The position numbers and the translations under genes were made by a program. This document shows, in pieces, positions 13,017-26,707 of a stretch of 64,000 nucleotides of DNA. The notes below the pieces were generated by a model. That model did no database searches and was not told the origin of the DNA. It saw only the letters and a list, made by a program, of their open reading frames with translations. Each line of letters opens with the position of its first letter. Within the stretch, counting starts at the first letter, position 1. The DNA is taken from NCBI GenBank assembly GCA_030390025.1, contig CM059431.1, forward strand, positions 115,012,001 through 115,076,000, read 5' to 3'. This stretch comes from Squalus acanthias (Eukaryota).

Positions 13017-14569
13017 GATAAGGCACTACACAAGTTCTTCCTTTTCCATAAATTCCAGTCAGTGTGGAGCACTGAAAGCAATCCCCGTAGCTTATAATTG
13101 AATGGCAGCAATAAGAAATGGACAGAGCAATTTCAAAGGATCACCAATTTGCAGGCAAAAACTTAGCTGGCCTTTAACGCTTATTTTAAAATGGACAAGC
13201 CGTGTGCACCCCAAAGGGATTTTACCGGCTCGTGTTACATTGAATTTGAAACTCTTACACACTTTATGTGAGATTCTACACCACTAACAGGCATCCAAGT
13301 AAGGAAATTAAAATGACATGCAGAGTGGGCAGGAAGCGTGCTGGTTCCCAAAATTGCAACCCTCCCCCCTCGTCCCACTCCCCCCCCACTTGCACAATTG
13401 CCACCAGCTAAAGCAGTTTTGCGAGCAGGAATTTCTAGCTTATGGTCTCAATTACGGAGGCTGCTACAGCACTTGTCACAGCAGCTGGCACCGACTGCAC
13501 TTTGGACCTCAGGTCTGATCATCTTACCCATATCATTCCGACTGCTCACGATGCTAGACACAGAATCATTAAAAGCACCCAGACCTTGCCACACAGAAGT
13601 GACTGCACTGCACACATGGGCTAGCATCGTCTGCTCATAAAGGTCTACTGAGAGGCCTATTTTCTCAGACGCTTGGAGTACATGAGCCACCGCTGAATCT
13701 CCCTGAAGACGACAGAGCTTCAGCAACAGTGCTGTTACTTTCACTGAGTGAAACCTTCTGTGCTTTACTGTTCTGTGAATTACATGCACGGAGAAAGAAA
13801 ACACTTCACCTGCCAATCTCAGGCTTGTGGATTCTTCACCTGTGAAGAAACACTGGAACCATGTCAATATTCATTGTGCAGTCGTGGCATACGTGTTGTG
13901 ATATATGTCATAGACCGCCTATGCTCAGCACGTGACACATATGTAGCCATGCATAAATCCTCATGGGGATGCGAGCCCCACAGCTTGGGAGACCTGCTCC
14001 TACAATGATTGCATGTGCAATAAACTTAACTAGGCAGACCTCCTAGACCATCAAGATCATCTGCTGGAATCATCCCCATGTGGTTCCACTTCTGCCTTTA
14101 GTATTGAAAGGATATTAACCTAGAAGAAAGGAATTTATATCAGTTAAAACAAATTGTGCTGATGAAGCAAGGTGCATATAGATTCTACCTTCTTGGGTGA
14201 GTTGGGGTAGAACTTTCAAATCCAAGGACAACATATACCATACATGCCCTACTGTACCAAATCATGCAAAATGTAAACCAATTCCTTCACACCATTTCAA
14301 ACATAAACTGTTATTCCTACTAAATAACAGTAGGAGTATATATTTTCCCCCATATAACACTCCCTTCCAATTTCCAGGGAGCTATCTGGCTTTATTGGGC
14401 AGCCTGTGCTTGATTTATACGATAAAGTTTTCCCCATATTTGGAGGTTGGGACTAATTGCACATTAACTTCTGCAGTCACACCATGTTTGCATCATGTTG
14501 TGATGACAACAAGACACTTGCTTCATAATCCGTATTTGTCCTTTGACCTTTCCTTTACATATTAGTGTT

Positions 14570-14800
14570 GGCTCACCTTTATACTTTTGGGCAAGTCATT
14601 GAACTTCTTCCTGACCAGACTTAGTGACACAAACAAGTTTGGCGCTCAAACAAACAAAACCTAATGCCAGGCAAGCTGGCCCCTGGTCCTAGGGTTGTCA
14701 AAACTCTTTGAGACAGGGAGACGCCAGGGCCACATCTCCAAGTTTGGATCGAGCTCTGTCTGAGATGTAAGCTTTTCTTCCACATGGCTGAGATATAATA
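14570..14800 (-). pseudogene. Highly decayed Harbinger Myb/SANT exon remnant
   Basis: Minus strand at about 14585-14612 reads RKKFNDLPK, followed by a GTGAG donor, as in the other Myb/SANT exon-1 copies. Confidence 0.4.
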
Positions 14801-15467
14801 GACCCAGAACTGCATTCTCTCCAGCTGGCTTAACATTAATGGGTGCACTTATAGTAGTTAAGTGGCTCTTAAACTACTTCAGAAGCGTGAAACTGGCACT
14901 AGCAGAGGTAAATCAGGATTGGCTAGAATTCTGGCGTTAACATTAATGCCAAAGTGGTGAAAGAATTCTCCCAGTGGAAAACGTGTGGGAGTTCAGATCG
15001 AAGAACATTAGCATTAAATGACCTGAAAAATAGGGATATCAACACTGAGAACTAGAATATGTTTATATGCTGTGCAGTGACATTCCTTGGCAATACAAAA
15101 TTGTGTTTCTTGGATTGGCTGGAGTGCCAAGAATGGCATGGCTTGTGCCTCATGTTTGTTTAAATGTTTGCTCCCTAGCTAGTGACTAATATAAATGTAT
15201 GTCAGATTTTGAAATGTTTATGCTGGCATAAGTATCTTTCAGTGCTAGTTTTATGGGTGCAGATGTTTGTATCATGTGATATATTTTTAAAACATGTATA
15301 CAATGAAGTTATATCAAGTGCTCTGAAGTAACAATATTTTATTGTAAGTAAAACAATGCAAATATCAAGGGGTTTCTAAGTGAAATTATCGATAATGAAT
15401 ATCTAGCTATTAATACATGTAAAAGGTGGTAGGCCTAGTGTCCCCAGATGCCACACTGCTGATGTTA

Positions 15468-15800
15468 CACATTCTTCGACAGCACCTCCCAAACCCGCGA
15501 CCGCTACCACCGAGTATGACAAAGGGCAGCAGGCGCATGGGAACACCATCAGCTGCAAGTTCCCCTCCAAGTTACACACCATCCTGACTTGGAAATATAT
15601 TGCTGTTGCTTCATCATTGCTGGGTCAAAATCCTGGGAACTCCTTCCCTAATTGCACTGTGGATGTACCTTCACTACACGGACTGCAGGGGTTCAAGAAG
15701 GCAGCTCACCACCACCTTCTCAAGGGCAATTAGGGATGGGCAATAAATGCTGGCCTTGCCAGCGATGCCCACATCCCATGAACGAATAAAAAGAAAAAAA
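15468..15800 (+). mobile_element. 3' end of CR1/L2-group LINE (same family as 36925-43137)
   Basis: cttcgacagcacctcccaaacccgcgacc...ctcaagggcaattagggatgggcaataaatgctggccttgccagcgatgcccacatcccatgaacgaat matches 36925-37225 in reverse complement. Confidence 0.85.
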
Positions 15801-18800
15801 TAATGGCTGAGCCATTTGGTACAGCTCATTTTACATCCTCGCCGAAGTTGGAAGTTCCGCTCAGTATTTCAATTTACATGATTTTGAAAATTATTTGAAT
15901 ACAAACTGGATGACGAATTTGAGTAGGTTTTCAACTATATTTAAAAAAATAAAAAGCCCCATTTTTTTCCTTCAGAAAGTGTATTAAGCTGAGAGACAGA
16001 GGGAGGGACAGACAGAGAGAAAGACAGAGACGGGGAGAGAGAGAGTGAATCATTTACACATGTAATTGTACAATATGGACTTTTCTGTATTATCCTAGAA
16101 TTTGTATATCTGGAGAGATTTTCTTTTCTTAAAAGACAATTTAATTTTGAAAACCTTTCAATTAGATATAGCAGGTTAATTACCTCACCTGTTTTGGTTT
16201 ATATTTAGCCTTTATCTCTGAAAAACTAATTAAATCACTTGTGTATCCCATAATAAATATTCAGTGCTCAACATCCTGGCACCATGCCCAGTGCAATTTC
16301 CTGCACCTCTCCCCTACTGCTAGTACAAACAGGTCTTGCTATTCCCTGCCTCACACCTTAGTGTTACCCTGGGTACTCCCCATTATTGCTAAACCCTGTA
16401 AACCACCCCCCACACACCCCACCCCACTGCAGTCACCCAGGAATCACCCAGAAACTACAATATTAAAAGTGTTTTAGTGCTTAAAACCAGCTTCAGGCAC
16501 GGAACAGAGCTGACAGCCTGGGAATGTACTATGGGAGTACATGATAGCCAAGAACAGTTTGAGACAAGTCAGCTCAGACTATTCTTGGCTTTTATGCCCC
16601 TCAATCCTGCCAGACCTCAGCTTCTTCCTCTTCCTCATTGATGCTAGATTCTGTCCCTCCTCAGTACCTCTGAACCTGAGGGCATTCATCTCCCAGTATT
16701 CCTGCATTTCAACATCCCATTTCCAAGTGCTGCATTATTCCATTTCCAGTGTTTTCAGACTTTGGAACCTCCCTCCCAGCACTCTCGGTACTCAGAATCT
16801 CTTCTTTATGTTCTCCTGTGCTAGGCTACTGCTCACAATGTTCCCAGGTCCTGACACCTTCCTCCGAGTACTCCCAGATCCTGGGTACCTCCCCTTCCCC
16901 CAGCAAATGCTTCCAGACTCCAGGATTCCCCTTCCTTGTGCTCTTCATCACAGGGACACCTTTCATCAATGCTCCCAGAACCAGCTTGCTTCCACCATTG
17001 CAATCCATCTCCAATGCTACCAGAACCAGGACTGCCCCCACCCCTCAGTACTGAGACCTTTGATACCTCCACCAAATCAGTGCTCCGAGACCCTGGGACT
17101 TTGCTATCCCCACAGTGCTGCCATATTCCAGGACATCAGCTTGAGACCTCCCACCAGTGCAGCCATACGACATTGTATGATTTCCAGTATCCACTGTATT
17201 TTGCTTTCATACCACATTGCCCCCAGTGCTAGAAAACCTGGAGACCTTCCCTAGTGCAGCAATTCTGTCATGCCCTCCAATTCTGCTAGGCTTCACCCCC
17301 CCCCCCCCACTCCCATGCCCCATTCTGACCCCTAGGACCTCCCTCAGTGCTCAATATTCTGGCACCATCCCCAATGTCATTACTTTCTCCAAAGTACCAT
17401 TAAATATCTCACAATACCATGTAATAAAAACTGAATTTGTCTTAGTCAGTATAAATTAGAGACCTTGATGATAAATGGGGGAGGGGTGCAGGAAATTACA
17501 TCATATATTACATTGTAAAACACCATTATAGTTATAAAGTAGAGTATCCCTCCTCATCATGGGAGATCTGCTAAAATACAATTACATCAACATAATTTAT
17601 AATCACTGAGAAGCATATTTTGCTGACCTATTGTCAAAAAAATGCTGGCCTAAAATGTATGGCTCGTAAGTTCAGTTACCGAAGCACTCCCTGGTACACC
17701 ATTACCTCTGATATAACAGGCATTATGTCTCCCTCGCTATAAAATACCTATTCTATAACACTCTTCCTGATTTTACAGTTTCTGGGAAGCTGCTAAAGGT
17801 CGCGGGATAAGTAATGGCCAGTCAAAGCCATTAGTAAATGGCTGTGAATTGGTCACAACATATGAAACTCATGCTATGGAAGAAAATTTCAAGCACATTA
17901 AGGAATTTTTGAATGAAATTCTCTTCCTTGGGTAGTGATGGCCATGTTTAAGCCACAAAAAGAATCGAACCTACTGGCAATTAGCTTGCTCCTTTTTTGC
18001 ATTCCTCCCCTCTTCACATGACAGTTTCTCAAGGGAGGAAAATAAGGCTGCAGTGTCGTTTAAGCAAATGAAGAGTCACTGGAGTTCAAAAACTACCCAG
18101 GAGTGCTGAAAATACCATGAAATAAGTGTTAGAAAATGTACTGTTTATCTGTAAAACCTCACCCAAGCAGATGCTTAATCAATCAACTTGTATAATATTG
18201 AGGCATTCTGGATTAACTCTCTCAGTATTGTGTGCCTCTTGCAGTTTTCCAAATATGTACATGATTTGTGTCATGTATCATCTACAAAAACTATTTTGTT
18301 TTCATTAAAGATGCTGATAATTATAAATCATAATTAGAGAAATGTGTGTAAGCAAATAACGTTTTTCAATTTGAGATATATTTTTAAAAAGGATTATTGC
18401 AGTTAGGTGAATGACAGTCCATTTTTCAAAGAAGGGAATTTGCTGCTTTACAGCACTTAGAAGAGGTAAGCACACTTAACTCTAGAGACCTTCTGGTAGA
18501 GCCCTTTCCTGCTCTACGGGTTAATTGCTTTAAGGAGTGTCCTTTGCAGATTTCAGAATGCCCATATGTTTTCAATCGGACATCTACAATAATGATTTTC
18601 TCTAAATTCCCAAATAAGCTGATAAAATGTAATAAATGAATAGCTGCATTAGTAATCTGGTCAGGTATGGTGTGTGTTACAAATTTAGGTCTTCCATGGA
18701 TGGCACTCTTTTAAATGGTCTGGGTGTCTTACTTTTATTGGAGTTGACTCACACTGGCCTATATCTGCTTAACCCATGAATAAAACAATAGCATCCCCTT

Positions 18801-19092
18801 GTGATCTGGACTGGACACTCATGTCTTTTGCACGTATATTTCTTAAATCTCTCTAAAAGGCAAACCAAGTTCCCATAATGTGAGTCAAGGTCTCATACAA
18901 GTTGTTAAGCTGCTTTAGTTCTCCACGAGAAAACAGACAGAACAACAATTATAATCAGAATCAGTTAGTTCAATTGATATAACGAATAAAGAACACGCCA
19001 AATTACCCCACATCAATGGGTCATCTTATTTGATTTGTATATGAGATCTTCCAACTGTTTCTCCAGCATTTCTGACTCTTTGAAATTGCCCC

Positions 19093-19840
19093 ATAGGAAC
19101 TTAGGAACAGGAATAGGTCATTTAGTCCCTCGAGCCTGTTCCGCCATTCAGTGAGATCATGGCCGATCTGTGACCTAACTCCATATACCCGCCTTTGCCT
19201 CATATCCCTAATACCTTTGCTTAACAAAACTCTATCAATCTCCGATTTAAAATTAACAATTGACCTAGCATCAATTGCCTTTTGCAGAAGAGAGTTCTAA
19301 ACTTCTACCACCCTTTGTGTGTAGAAGTGTTTCCTAACTTCATTCCTGAAAGGCTTGGCTCTAATTTTTAGACTGTGCCCCCTAGCCCCTAATAATAGAC
19401 TCCCCACCCAGCAGAAATAGTTTCTCTCAATCTACCCTATCAGTTCCCCTTAATATCTTGAAAACTTCAATCAAATCACCCCTTAACCTTCTAAATTCCA
19501 GGGAATACAACCTTAGTTTGTGTAATCTCTCATCGTAATTTAACCCTTGGAGTCCAGGTATCATTCTGGTAAATCTACGCTGCATTCCCTCCAAGGCCAA
19601 TATATCCTTCCTAAGGTGTGGTGCCCAGAATTGCTCACAGTACTCCAGGTGTGGTCTAACCAGGGCTTTGTATAGCTGTAGCATAACTTCTACTCCCTTG
19701 AATTCTGGTCCTCTAGATATAAAGGCCAGCATCCCATTAGCCTTTTTGATTATTTTCTGTACCTGTCCATGACATTTTAATGATCTATGAACACGGACCC
19801 CCAAGTCTCTTTGGACCTCCACTGTTTCTAGCTTTTCACC
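19093..19840 (-). mobile_element. CR1 LINE 3' fragment
   Basis: ORF 19427-19822: QRDLGVRVHRSLK..LYKALVRPHLEYCEQFWAPHLRKDI..RRLRGDLIEVFKI. CR1 3' stem-loop and tail at 19093-19170. Confidence 0.93.
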
Positions 19841-20110
19841 CCAACGAAAGGCCTCACAATTTTTGCTTCAACAAGGCTGGACTGCTCACATGTGCAGTTT
19901 TATTTCCCATTATCCAGTCCCCATAGGAAGATGGGGCTTGATTCCTGACCCCTCCGCCTTTCCAGGGGGATTGGCCAGAAGAGCTATTAATCAAAGCTGC
20001 CGCCACATCCCCTCCCTTTGAAACTAGCTTCATGTAAAGCTGTACAGGAAGGGACATTCCATTCCCCCCCACCCCCACCACCCCCACCCCTCACCCACCA
20101 CACACACAAT

Positions 20111-20870
20111 GGGCCAGAAATTCAGCTTTCAGGCTTCCTGCGGGTGCAAGCATCGCGCGCGTACTTGCCTACCGCGCCTGCAGTTGTGCTTTGGGCCCAC
20201 GAGGACTTCGGCTCCTGGGCCTCCTCCAGCTGCCGGCGCGCAGTGCTTGTGTATCCCAGGGGCGCAGTTAGTTTGAAGTGTTCCCTGGGATCATGTGGGC
20301 CATGGAGAGCCAATCCTAGCAGGGCATTTTCATTCATAGATTTGACAGGAAGACCTGTCAAATCTATGAATAGAGATCGGCCCCAAAACCACACTTAAAC
20401 TTCAAATACATTTTTTTTTAAATCACATTTTTAAAATAACTATAAGTTAAATAAATTAACTACTTTAAACAAAAATTTAAACTTTTGAAAAAATTAATTA
20501 TATTTTGTAACGGTGCTAAAAATAAACTTATCTTTCTTTAAAGTATCTAAAAAAGATAAACCTGTTGAAAAAATGTTTAAATTGTAATTAATTAACCACT
20601 TACCTTGTTAAAAACAGGCCTTGCGTCTCCTTTTTAAAAGCGCAGCTTCTCCATACTTACCTTCCCGGAGAAACCTGAAATAAAAATCGAAGTTCGTTGC
20701 GTGCGCGCAGCCTCTCCCGCGCACGCGTTCAACTTCTGAACCCCTCCCTTCAGGGGAACGGAAGTTCCGGTTTCCCACGCATGCGCAGTGCATGCAGGAA
20801 ACTGGCACTTCAGGTGGCCTTACGGGTGAGTACACAGCGCGTACTCACCCGACAACAGCCGAATTTCTGG
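20111..20870. mobile_element. Harbinger-type MITE with internal palindromes
   Basis: GGGCCAGAAATTCAGC...GCCGAATTTCTGG with aat on both flanks. Reverse-orientation paralog at 49797-50538. AT-rich core. Confidence 0.8.
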
Positions 20871-22296
20871 AATGTGGCTGGTGGGAGTTCCCAGGATGAG
20901 ATAGTGGCTCTCCTATTGTTTCTGATCATCTTGCGTATCAGCATCAATGTCTGGTTTTAATACACCTTTGGCAAATGCTTGCAGCCTGTGACCTTTCTTT
21001 TTTACCCTGTGCGAATCTACTTTGTTATTAAAATCAAACCCTTAAAAGTAATTTTTTTCCAAATCCTTTCTGTGAAGAAAATACTCAAAAAATCCTGAAA
21101 TCTGATAGTGAGTGTGTGTGCGTGTGAGTGTGTGAGATTTATTGCTATGATTAGTCAACAACTCCATTTTATTGTATCACGTGACGACCAGGATGATCGA
21201 AGGCGATCTAGATGGACGTTAGTCTTTTTTCATCTAACAATTCCTATGATCTTATGTGTGTGTGCCTACGAGATAGGACCCTGAATTAGATTGAGCGACC
21301 CTTGCATTTAAGTGGGTTAGGCCAAACAATTAAACTTCTCATGTCCTAGGTTAAGCCAGGCTTGCCAAGACAAATACTATGTCCGAATCACACAAATGCA
21401 AGAATGGCTATACCAGTGCTGATGATTTCCAGCATGAAATCGTGGACCTGGTAAGCTGACTATTAGGAGGAATTTGTTTAGATTAAATTTAATAAATGCG
21501 GACCCAAAAAACCACCACAAGACTGCTGAAGAATCAGAGCGGCAGGAATAAAGTTTCTTCTATTAGACCACTAGGGACTAGAAAAAAATGTTAATGGAAA
21601 AAATCTGATACATAGTCTTGGCACAGCCCACCTCCCCAACCTTCAGACCACGAGCAATCAGATGCTCCTATTTCATTGCCAGAGAATTTAAAAAAAACTT
21701 TTATCACTCTGGTTCCTGTCATAAATGGCAGCTACTTGCTTCCAGCTGGCATTCTGGTTGAGAAACTTGTGGTAGGTTAGGGGAATCTCTGCTTATGTGT
21801 TTTTTTTTTCAAAAAATGAGACAAAATAAGTATCCAAATTGAGCTAAATTTAAATATTGATTGTAAGAGACCAAATCGATGTAAATGGGGCCGGTAATGG
21901 CAGGTCCATGGTACCACCAGTGTGCCACACAATGTACCTCATTTTGTTGTGGCTTATCAATGATACTTATAATCTCTCCCAGCATCTCTGCAACCAATAT
22001 TGTAGCCGAGTATGTTGTTCTCAGTGGCCAGGTAAGATGAACGTGTATTTGTAATATCGGTGCTATTGGTAGATAGGCACCTGAGAATTTTAATCTACCA
22101 TTATGTCTGCTGATATAAAGTAACTGGAATATAAAGAAGGTTGCCTACCTATCCTGAGTTACAGTACTTTAGGCTATTTATTTTGTGGAGCTTGATTCAG
22201 AAAAAAAGCGAAACACTGTGCTTTGTGTGTAAGAGACAACATTGCAATATTCTGGTCAGTAAGCTATCAGGGAACACCCCTCCTTCCCAGCAAACT

Positions 22297-22386
22297 ACTC
22301 CACAGATGCTGCCTGACCTGCTGAGTATTTCCAGCATTTTCTGTTTTTATTTCAGTTTTCCAGCATCCGCAGTACTTTGCTTTTGT
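22297..22386 (+). mobile_element. Penelope-derived short repeat fragment
   Basis: ctccacagatgctgcctgacctgctgagtatttccagcattttctgtttttatttcag..cagcatccgcagtactttgcttttg is the reverse complement of 23972-24062. Confidence 0.7.
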
Positions 22387-23350
22387 CTCCTTATTAGACG
22401 ACTGAGAATCAAGGCGCTCCACTTATAGACTACCAGATAATTTAGAAAAAAAGCCAGCACCTCTATTAATCCCAGATAACTGGCTCTTACTTTTGATGCA
22501 CTGTGACAGTAGAAAGTAAATGCCAGGATACGCCCAGCACCAGTGCCCACGTACAGGGGCAGTAGTTTCCTTTGTGCATGGTCTCACTTATTTAAAGCAT
22601 TAGATCAATTTAACCTCCAAACGAATCTAATGGGCAAACTTCGGACATTTAGGAAAACCAAAGTGGATTCTTTTGAATTTTGAAATTGATTTCTCTCTCA
22701 TGAAGCTTTCTAGGGTCAGCTAAATGGCAGCAATAACAAATGTTATACATAGAATCTGTTAACCTAAGATGAGAGGGCAATTGTTCGAATTGCTTGTTCA
22801 GCTTGTTTATTTTGGTTCAAACAGGCTATTACAGCCTTCAAAGGCTTCCACAGATTCGTAGAGTAAGGGCAAATTATATACAATACAACTGTGTTGAAGC
22901 TTCATAATCTTCCCAGTAGGTGTAATCTCAGTGTGTCTAATATGACATATTAGTCATTATCCAAGCAATCAACGGGATCCATTCAGTGTATCAGATGTCT
23001 TTACTAATGTACTTTTTATACTAATATTTTCACGATGAACATACTCATGCACAGTAGTGTTCCAAGAAGACCAGAACATCTTTGCACGCGAGGAGTGTAA
23101 ATGAGCTGACACAGTGAATCTTTATATTGAGGGCAACTGGATAACTTTATTCCTTTTCATAAAACTTTTATATCTGTAATTTTTTTTTAAAAAGGAAGAA
23201 ACATCTATGTTTTGAAAATTATTTTAAAAAATAAGTTCAGATCAATTTGATATTGACATACAAAAGCGTGGAGTGTCACGGTCCATATTTGCATCCATGA
23301 TATTCCTCCTTTAATGAATTCCTTAGCTAAACCACCGGAGTGGAATCCTA

Positions 23351-23503
23351 GGCCTAGAAATTCGTCTTGGGAAGCATCGGATTGGCCGCTCATTACACGC
23401 AGTGCCTGATATTCCGTTCTATTGCAGTCAATGGATCTGAATATCGGGCGGCCGATCCGATACTGCCCGTTTTGGATCACCGCCCGAGACGAATTTCTAG
23501 CCC
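23351..23503. mobile_element. 153-bp Harbinger/Tourist-type MITE
   Basis: 21-bp TIRs GGCCTAGAAATTCGTCTTGGG and CCCGAGACGAATTTCTAGCCC (2 mismatches). Perfect cta TSD on both sides. Confidence 0.88.
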
Positions 23504-23914
23504 CTAAACTCTAATTATCGGGGGTAACATTCTAATGATTCGCTGGTGGCAGTGAGGTTTCGGGCTGTCAGTGTGTATTCGAGACATTTACTCCCAATAA
23601 TTAGAGTTCAGGAGTTTCTTCATAGAGAGGAAATATAAAGGAAAGAGTGGATCATCTGGGCTACTCCTATGTCCATCCTCTGGGCTAGTAATAGGATAGT
23701 ATTGGTGCACACCTGCTAACTGGTCACTTGCTTTCCTGCGAACACTTAAAAAAGAGAAGCAAAAATATTTTTTTAAATGAGGGATGTAAAGTTTTTTTTC
23801 CAATAACGTCACAAGTTTTCACCTCCATACAGTGCTGTCTCTCATATCCCCGAAACCACTCAGATGATGCCCTGTGAGGGTTTATCATTAGAGAATGCAA
23901 AAGAAAACACAAAA

Positions 23915-24365
23915 CTCCTATTAGCTGCCTAGTGTGGAACTGAGCCGAATGGACCAGGAAGATCCCAAGTTTACAAAAGCAAAATACTGCGGATGCTGGA
24001 AATCTGAAATATAAACAGAAAATGCTTGAAAACACTCAGCGGGTCAAGTAGCATCTGTGGAGAGAGAAACAGAGTTAGCGTTTCAGGTTGGTGATCTTTC
24101 ATCAGAACTGGCATCAGTCCCTGGTTTAGTTCCCTGTGAGTGCTGAGGTAGCTGAGTTCAGCCAGGCTGACAGAGAGGGCACTACAGTTGATCTCAGTTC
24201 GAGTTTGTGCCCCTAATCTTTGTCCGATGACTCACGGTAGAAAGTGTGTGTGTGTGTCTGCGTGTGTCTCCCATGATTAAATAGCTAATACTCACTGTCT
24301 AGATCTACGTGTGAAGAATGGCCATTTGGGAGAGGTACTGGAGGGTAGTTGATGCCCATGAACGG
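23915..24365 (+). mobile_element. Old tRNA-derived SINE interrupted by a Penelope-derived insert
   Basis: actgagcc...gaccaggaagatccca...ccctg..tgtgctgaggtagctga motif. Related degraded copies on minus at about 28430-28800 and 44790-44995. Confidence 0.5.
23972..24111 (-). mobile_element. Penelope-derived short element with decayed hammerhead motif
   Basis: Minus strand reads AGTT CTGATGA AAGATCACCAACCT GAAA CGCT AACT. The remainder is paralogous to 22297-22386. Confidence 0.7.
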
Positions 24366-24473
24366 CACTGCTGCCTGTTTGAGAGGCATCAGGAGAAGAA
24401 GGAAGAAAATTGGATGGGAATGCACAGAGTGTCCATTGACACCACTGTGTCAGTCAATGAGTTGCACTGTGTC

Positions 24474-25310
24474 CAACTAAATATTGGGAAGACCAAAGCG
24501 ATTGTCTTCCGTCCCCACCACAAACTCCGTTCCCTAGCCACCGACTCCATCCCTCTCCCAGGCAATTGTCTGAGGCTGAACCAGACTGTTTGCAACCTTG
24601 GTGTCGTACTTCACCCCGAGATGAGCTTCCGACCACATATCCGCGCCATCACTAAGACCACCCATTTTCACCGCTGTAACATCGCCCGACTCTGCCCCTG
24701 CCTTAGTTCATCTGCTGCTGAAACCCTTATCCACGCCTTTGTTACCTCTAGACTTGGCTATTCCAACGCACTCCTGGCCGGCCTCTCATCTTCCACCTTC
24801 CATAAACTTAAGCTCATCCAAATATCTGCTGCCCGTATCCTAACTCGCACCAAGTCTCGTTCATCCATCACCCCTGTGCTCGCTGACCTACATTGGCTCC
24901 CGGTTAAGCAACACTTCATTTTTAAAATTCTCATCCTTGTTTTCAAATCCCTCCATGGCCTCACCCCTCCCTATCTCTGTAACCTTCTCCAGCCCTACAA
25001 CCTTCTGAGATATCTGCGCTCCTCTAATTCTGGCCTCTTGAGCATCCCCGGTTTTAATTGCTCCACCATTGGCGGCTGTGCCGAGGCCCTAAGCTCTAGA
25101 ATTCCCTCCCTAAACCTCTCAGCCTCTCTACCTCTCTTTCCTCTTTTAAGATGCTCCTTAAAACCTACCTCTCATCTGCCCTAATATCCCCTTCTGTGGC
25201 TCGGTGTCAAATTTCATTTGTTAACGCCCCTGTGAAGCACCTTGGGACGTTTTACTACATTAAAGGTACTATATAAATGCAAGTTGTTTTTGTTGTTGCT
25301 GTTGTTGTTG
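24474..25310 (+). mobile_element. L2 LINE 3' fragment
   Basis: QLNIGKTKAIVF..NLGVVL..ETLIHAFVTSRLGYSNALLAGL..ITPVLADLHWLPV..FKILILVFKSLHG (L2 ORF2 C-terminus). Tail aaaggtactatataaatgcaag(ttg)n. Confidence 0.93.
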
Positions 25311-26707
25311 ACAGCCAATGAGTTTCACTGTGTCAGCCAATGAGTTGGAGGCGGGGTGGGACTTACAGCAGGACTCACAGCAAACAGTCTATTTTACGCA
25401 AACAAAGTCTATTTACTCAGTAAACAGAGTCTATTTAAACAAGCACACTACAGCAAACAGCCAACAGAGTCCATTTAAAAAGTGTCTCCATGAACTACAG
25501 CAAACAGAACTCATGGCCGAAACTACAGCAACGTCTCCCAATAAAAGCAGGGTGATTTCTCCAGCAAAATGCAGTGAGTGGAGGATCGTTACATATAAAT
25601 TATGTGGGTAAAATTAATCCCAGTCACTTACAGCAGTGTGGTCTCTAAGTGTGATTGATGGGGGGAATTACCCAATCATTTCCATTCTGGCTGGCAATAG
25701 TGGTGGCACTATATACAGCCGGAAATGTATTGAACAATGAAACTGTTTAGCATCTGGAGTGACAGTAAGTGTTGGGTGGTTTCAGACATGCTGTGCATTG
25801 CATACTCTTGTTTATTTTAAGCTCAATCTAAATTCTGCTGATCTGCACAGTTAATGCACTGAACACCGTTCTGATTGGAAGCCAAATGAAGCGTATTTTT
25901 GTGCAGACAGGACTTTAAAGTTAGCACTTTATATTCACACCTGGCCCCAGAGGCAAGTTAAGCATGTAGGTAATACATTCAAAAGTCTCACAAGATAATT
26001 GTTACTTTGGTGATCAGCTGCGCACCTAAAATAAAACAATGGGGAAAGCAAAGACAGGCAAAGTTGCTGGGAGAAGTTTCTTCTCTTTCCATTATGTACA
26101 GGAGCTTAACGACACAATCAAAGCCAGAGAGAACAAATACAAAATCTCAATCAGAACAGATTTTAGTAGCTCTCAAATTCACCTCCATTATGTTTAGAGA
26201 GAGTGAAAAATGCTTCATTTCTTTATCTTTAAACTGTTAGTTATGAAGATTTTGGGCAATTTTTGTCGCATCTCTTGCCTCCATTTTCTTTTGTTCTTCT
26301 CCTATCTAGTTCAAAACTGGGTTTGTGCAAAATAAAGTAACACAGTGATATATGTGCCAGCTTGGAAAAGTAAAGAAAAAGCTGAGCAACTGCTTCAAAA
26401 GTGCCGACACAAAAAGAGGACGAGGTAAATTTTGCCAGGTCTGTGATTTTCTAATGTGCTGCTGTGAGCAAAGAGCTGCTGGCCCTGGCAACTCACAAGT
26501 AGCCCTGAATATCTGCCTCTGCCTGGAAAACAAGTAGTTACACTGAAAGTGCAGTGGGGCATGGGCTTGTCAGAACTTAACCTCCAGGTGTACCCAACAT
26601 TCCATCACTTGTATTTCAGGAAAAAATTGAAAGTCCACATAAGTGTAATTTCAGCAGTGGCAGGTTTAGACATTTCTAACTGGGGGTGCAAGCGCTAAAG
26701 ATGCAAT

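Noticed and set aside
16541..17254. 237-aa ORF
   Set aside because: Lies in C/T-rich low-complexity, loosely repetitive DNA (ccccagtgct-like units). No recognisable domain, and overlapping ORFs occur in several frames.
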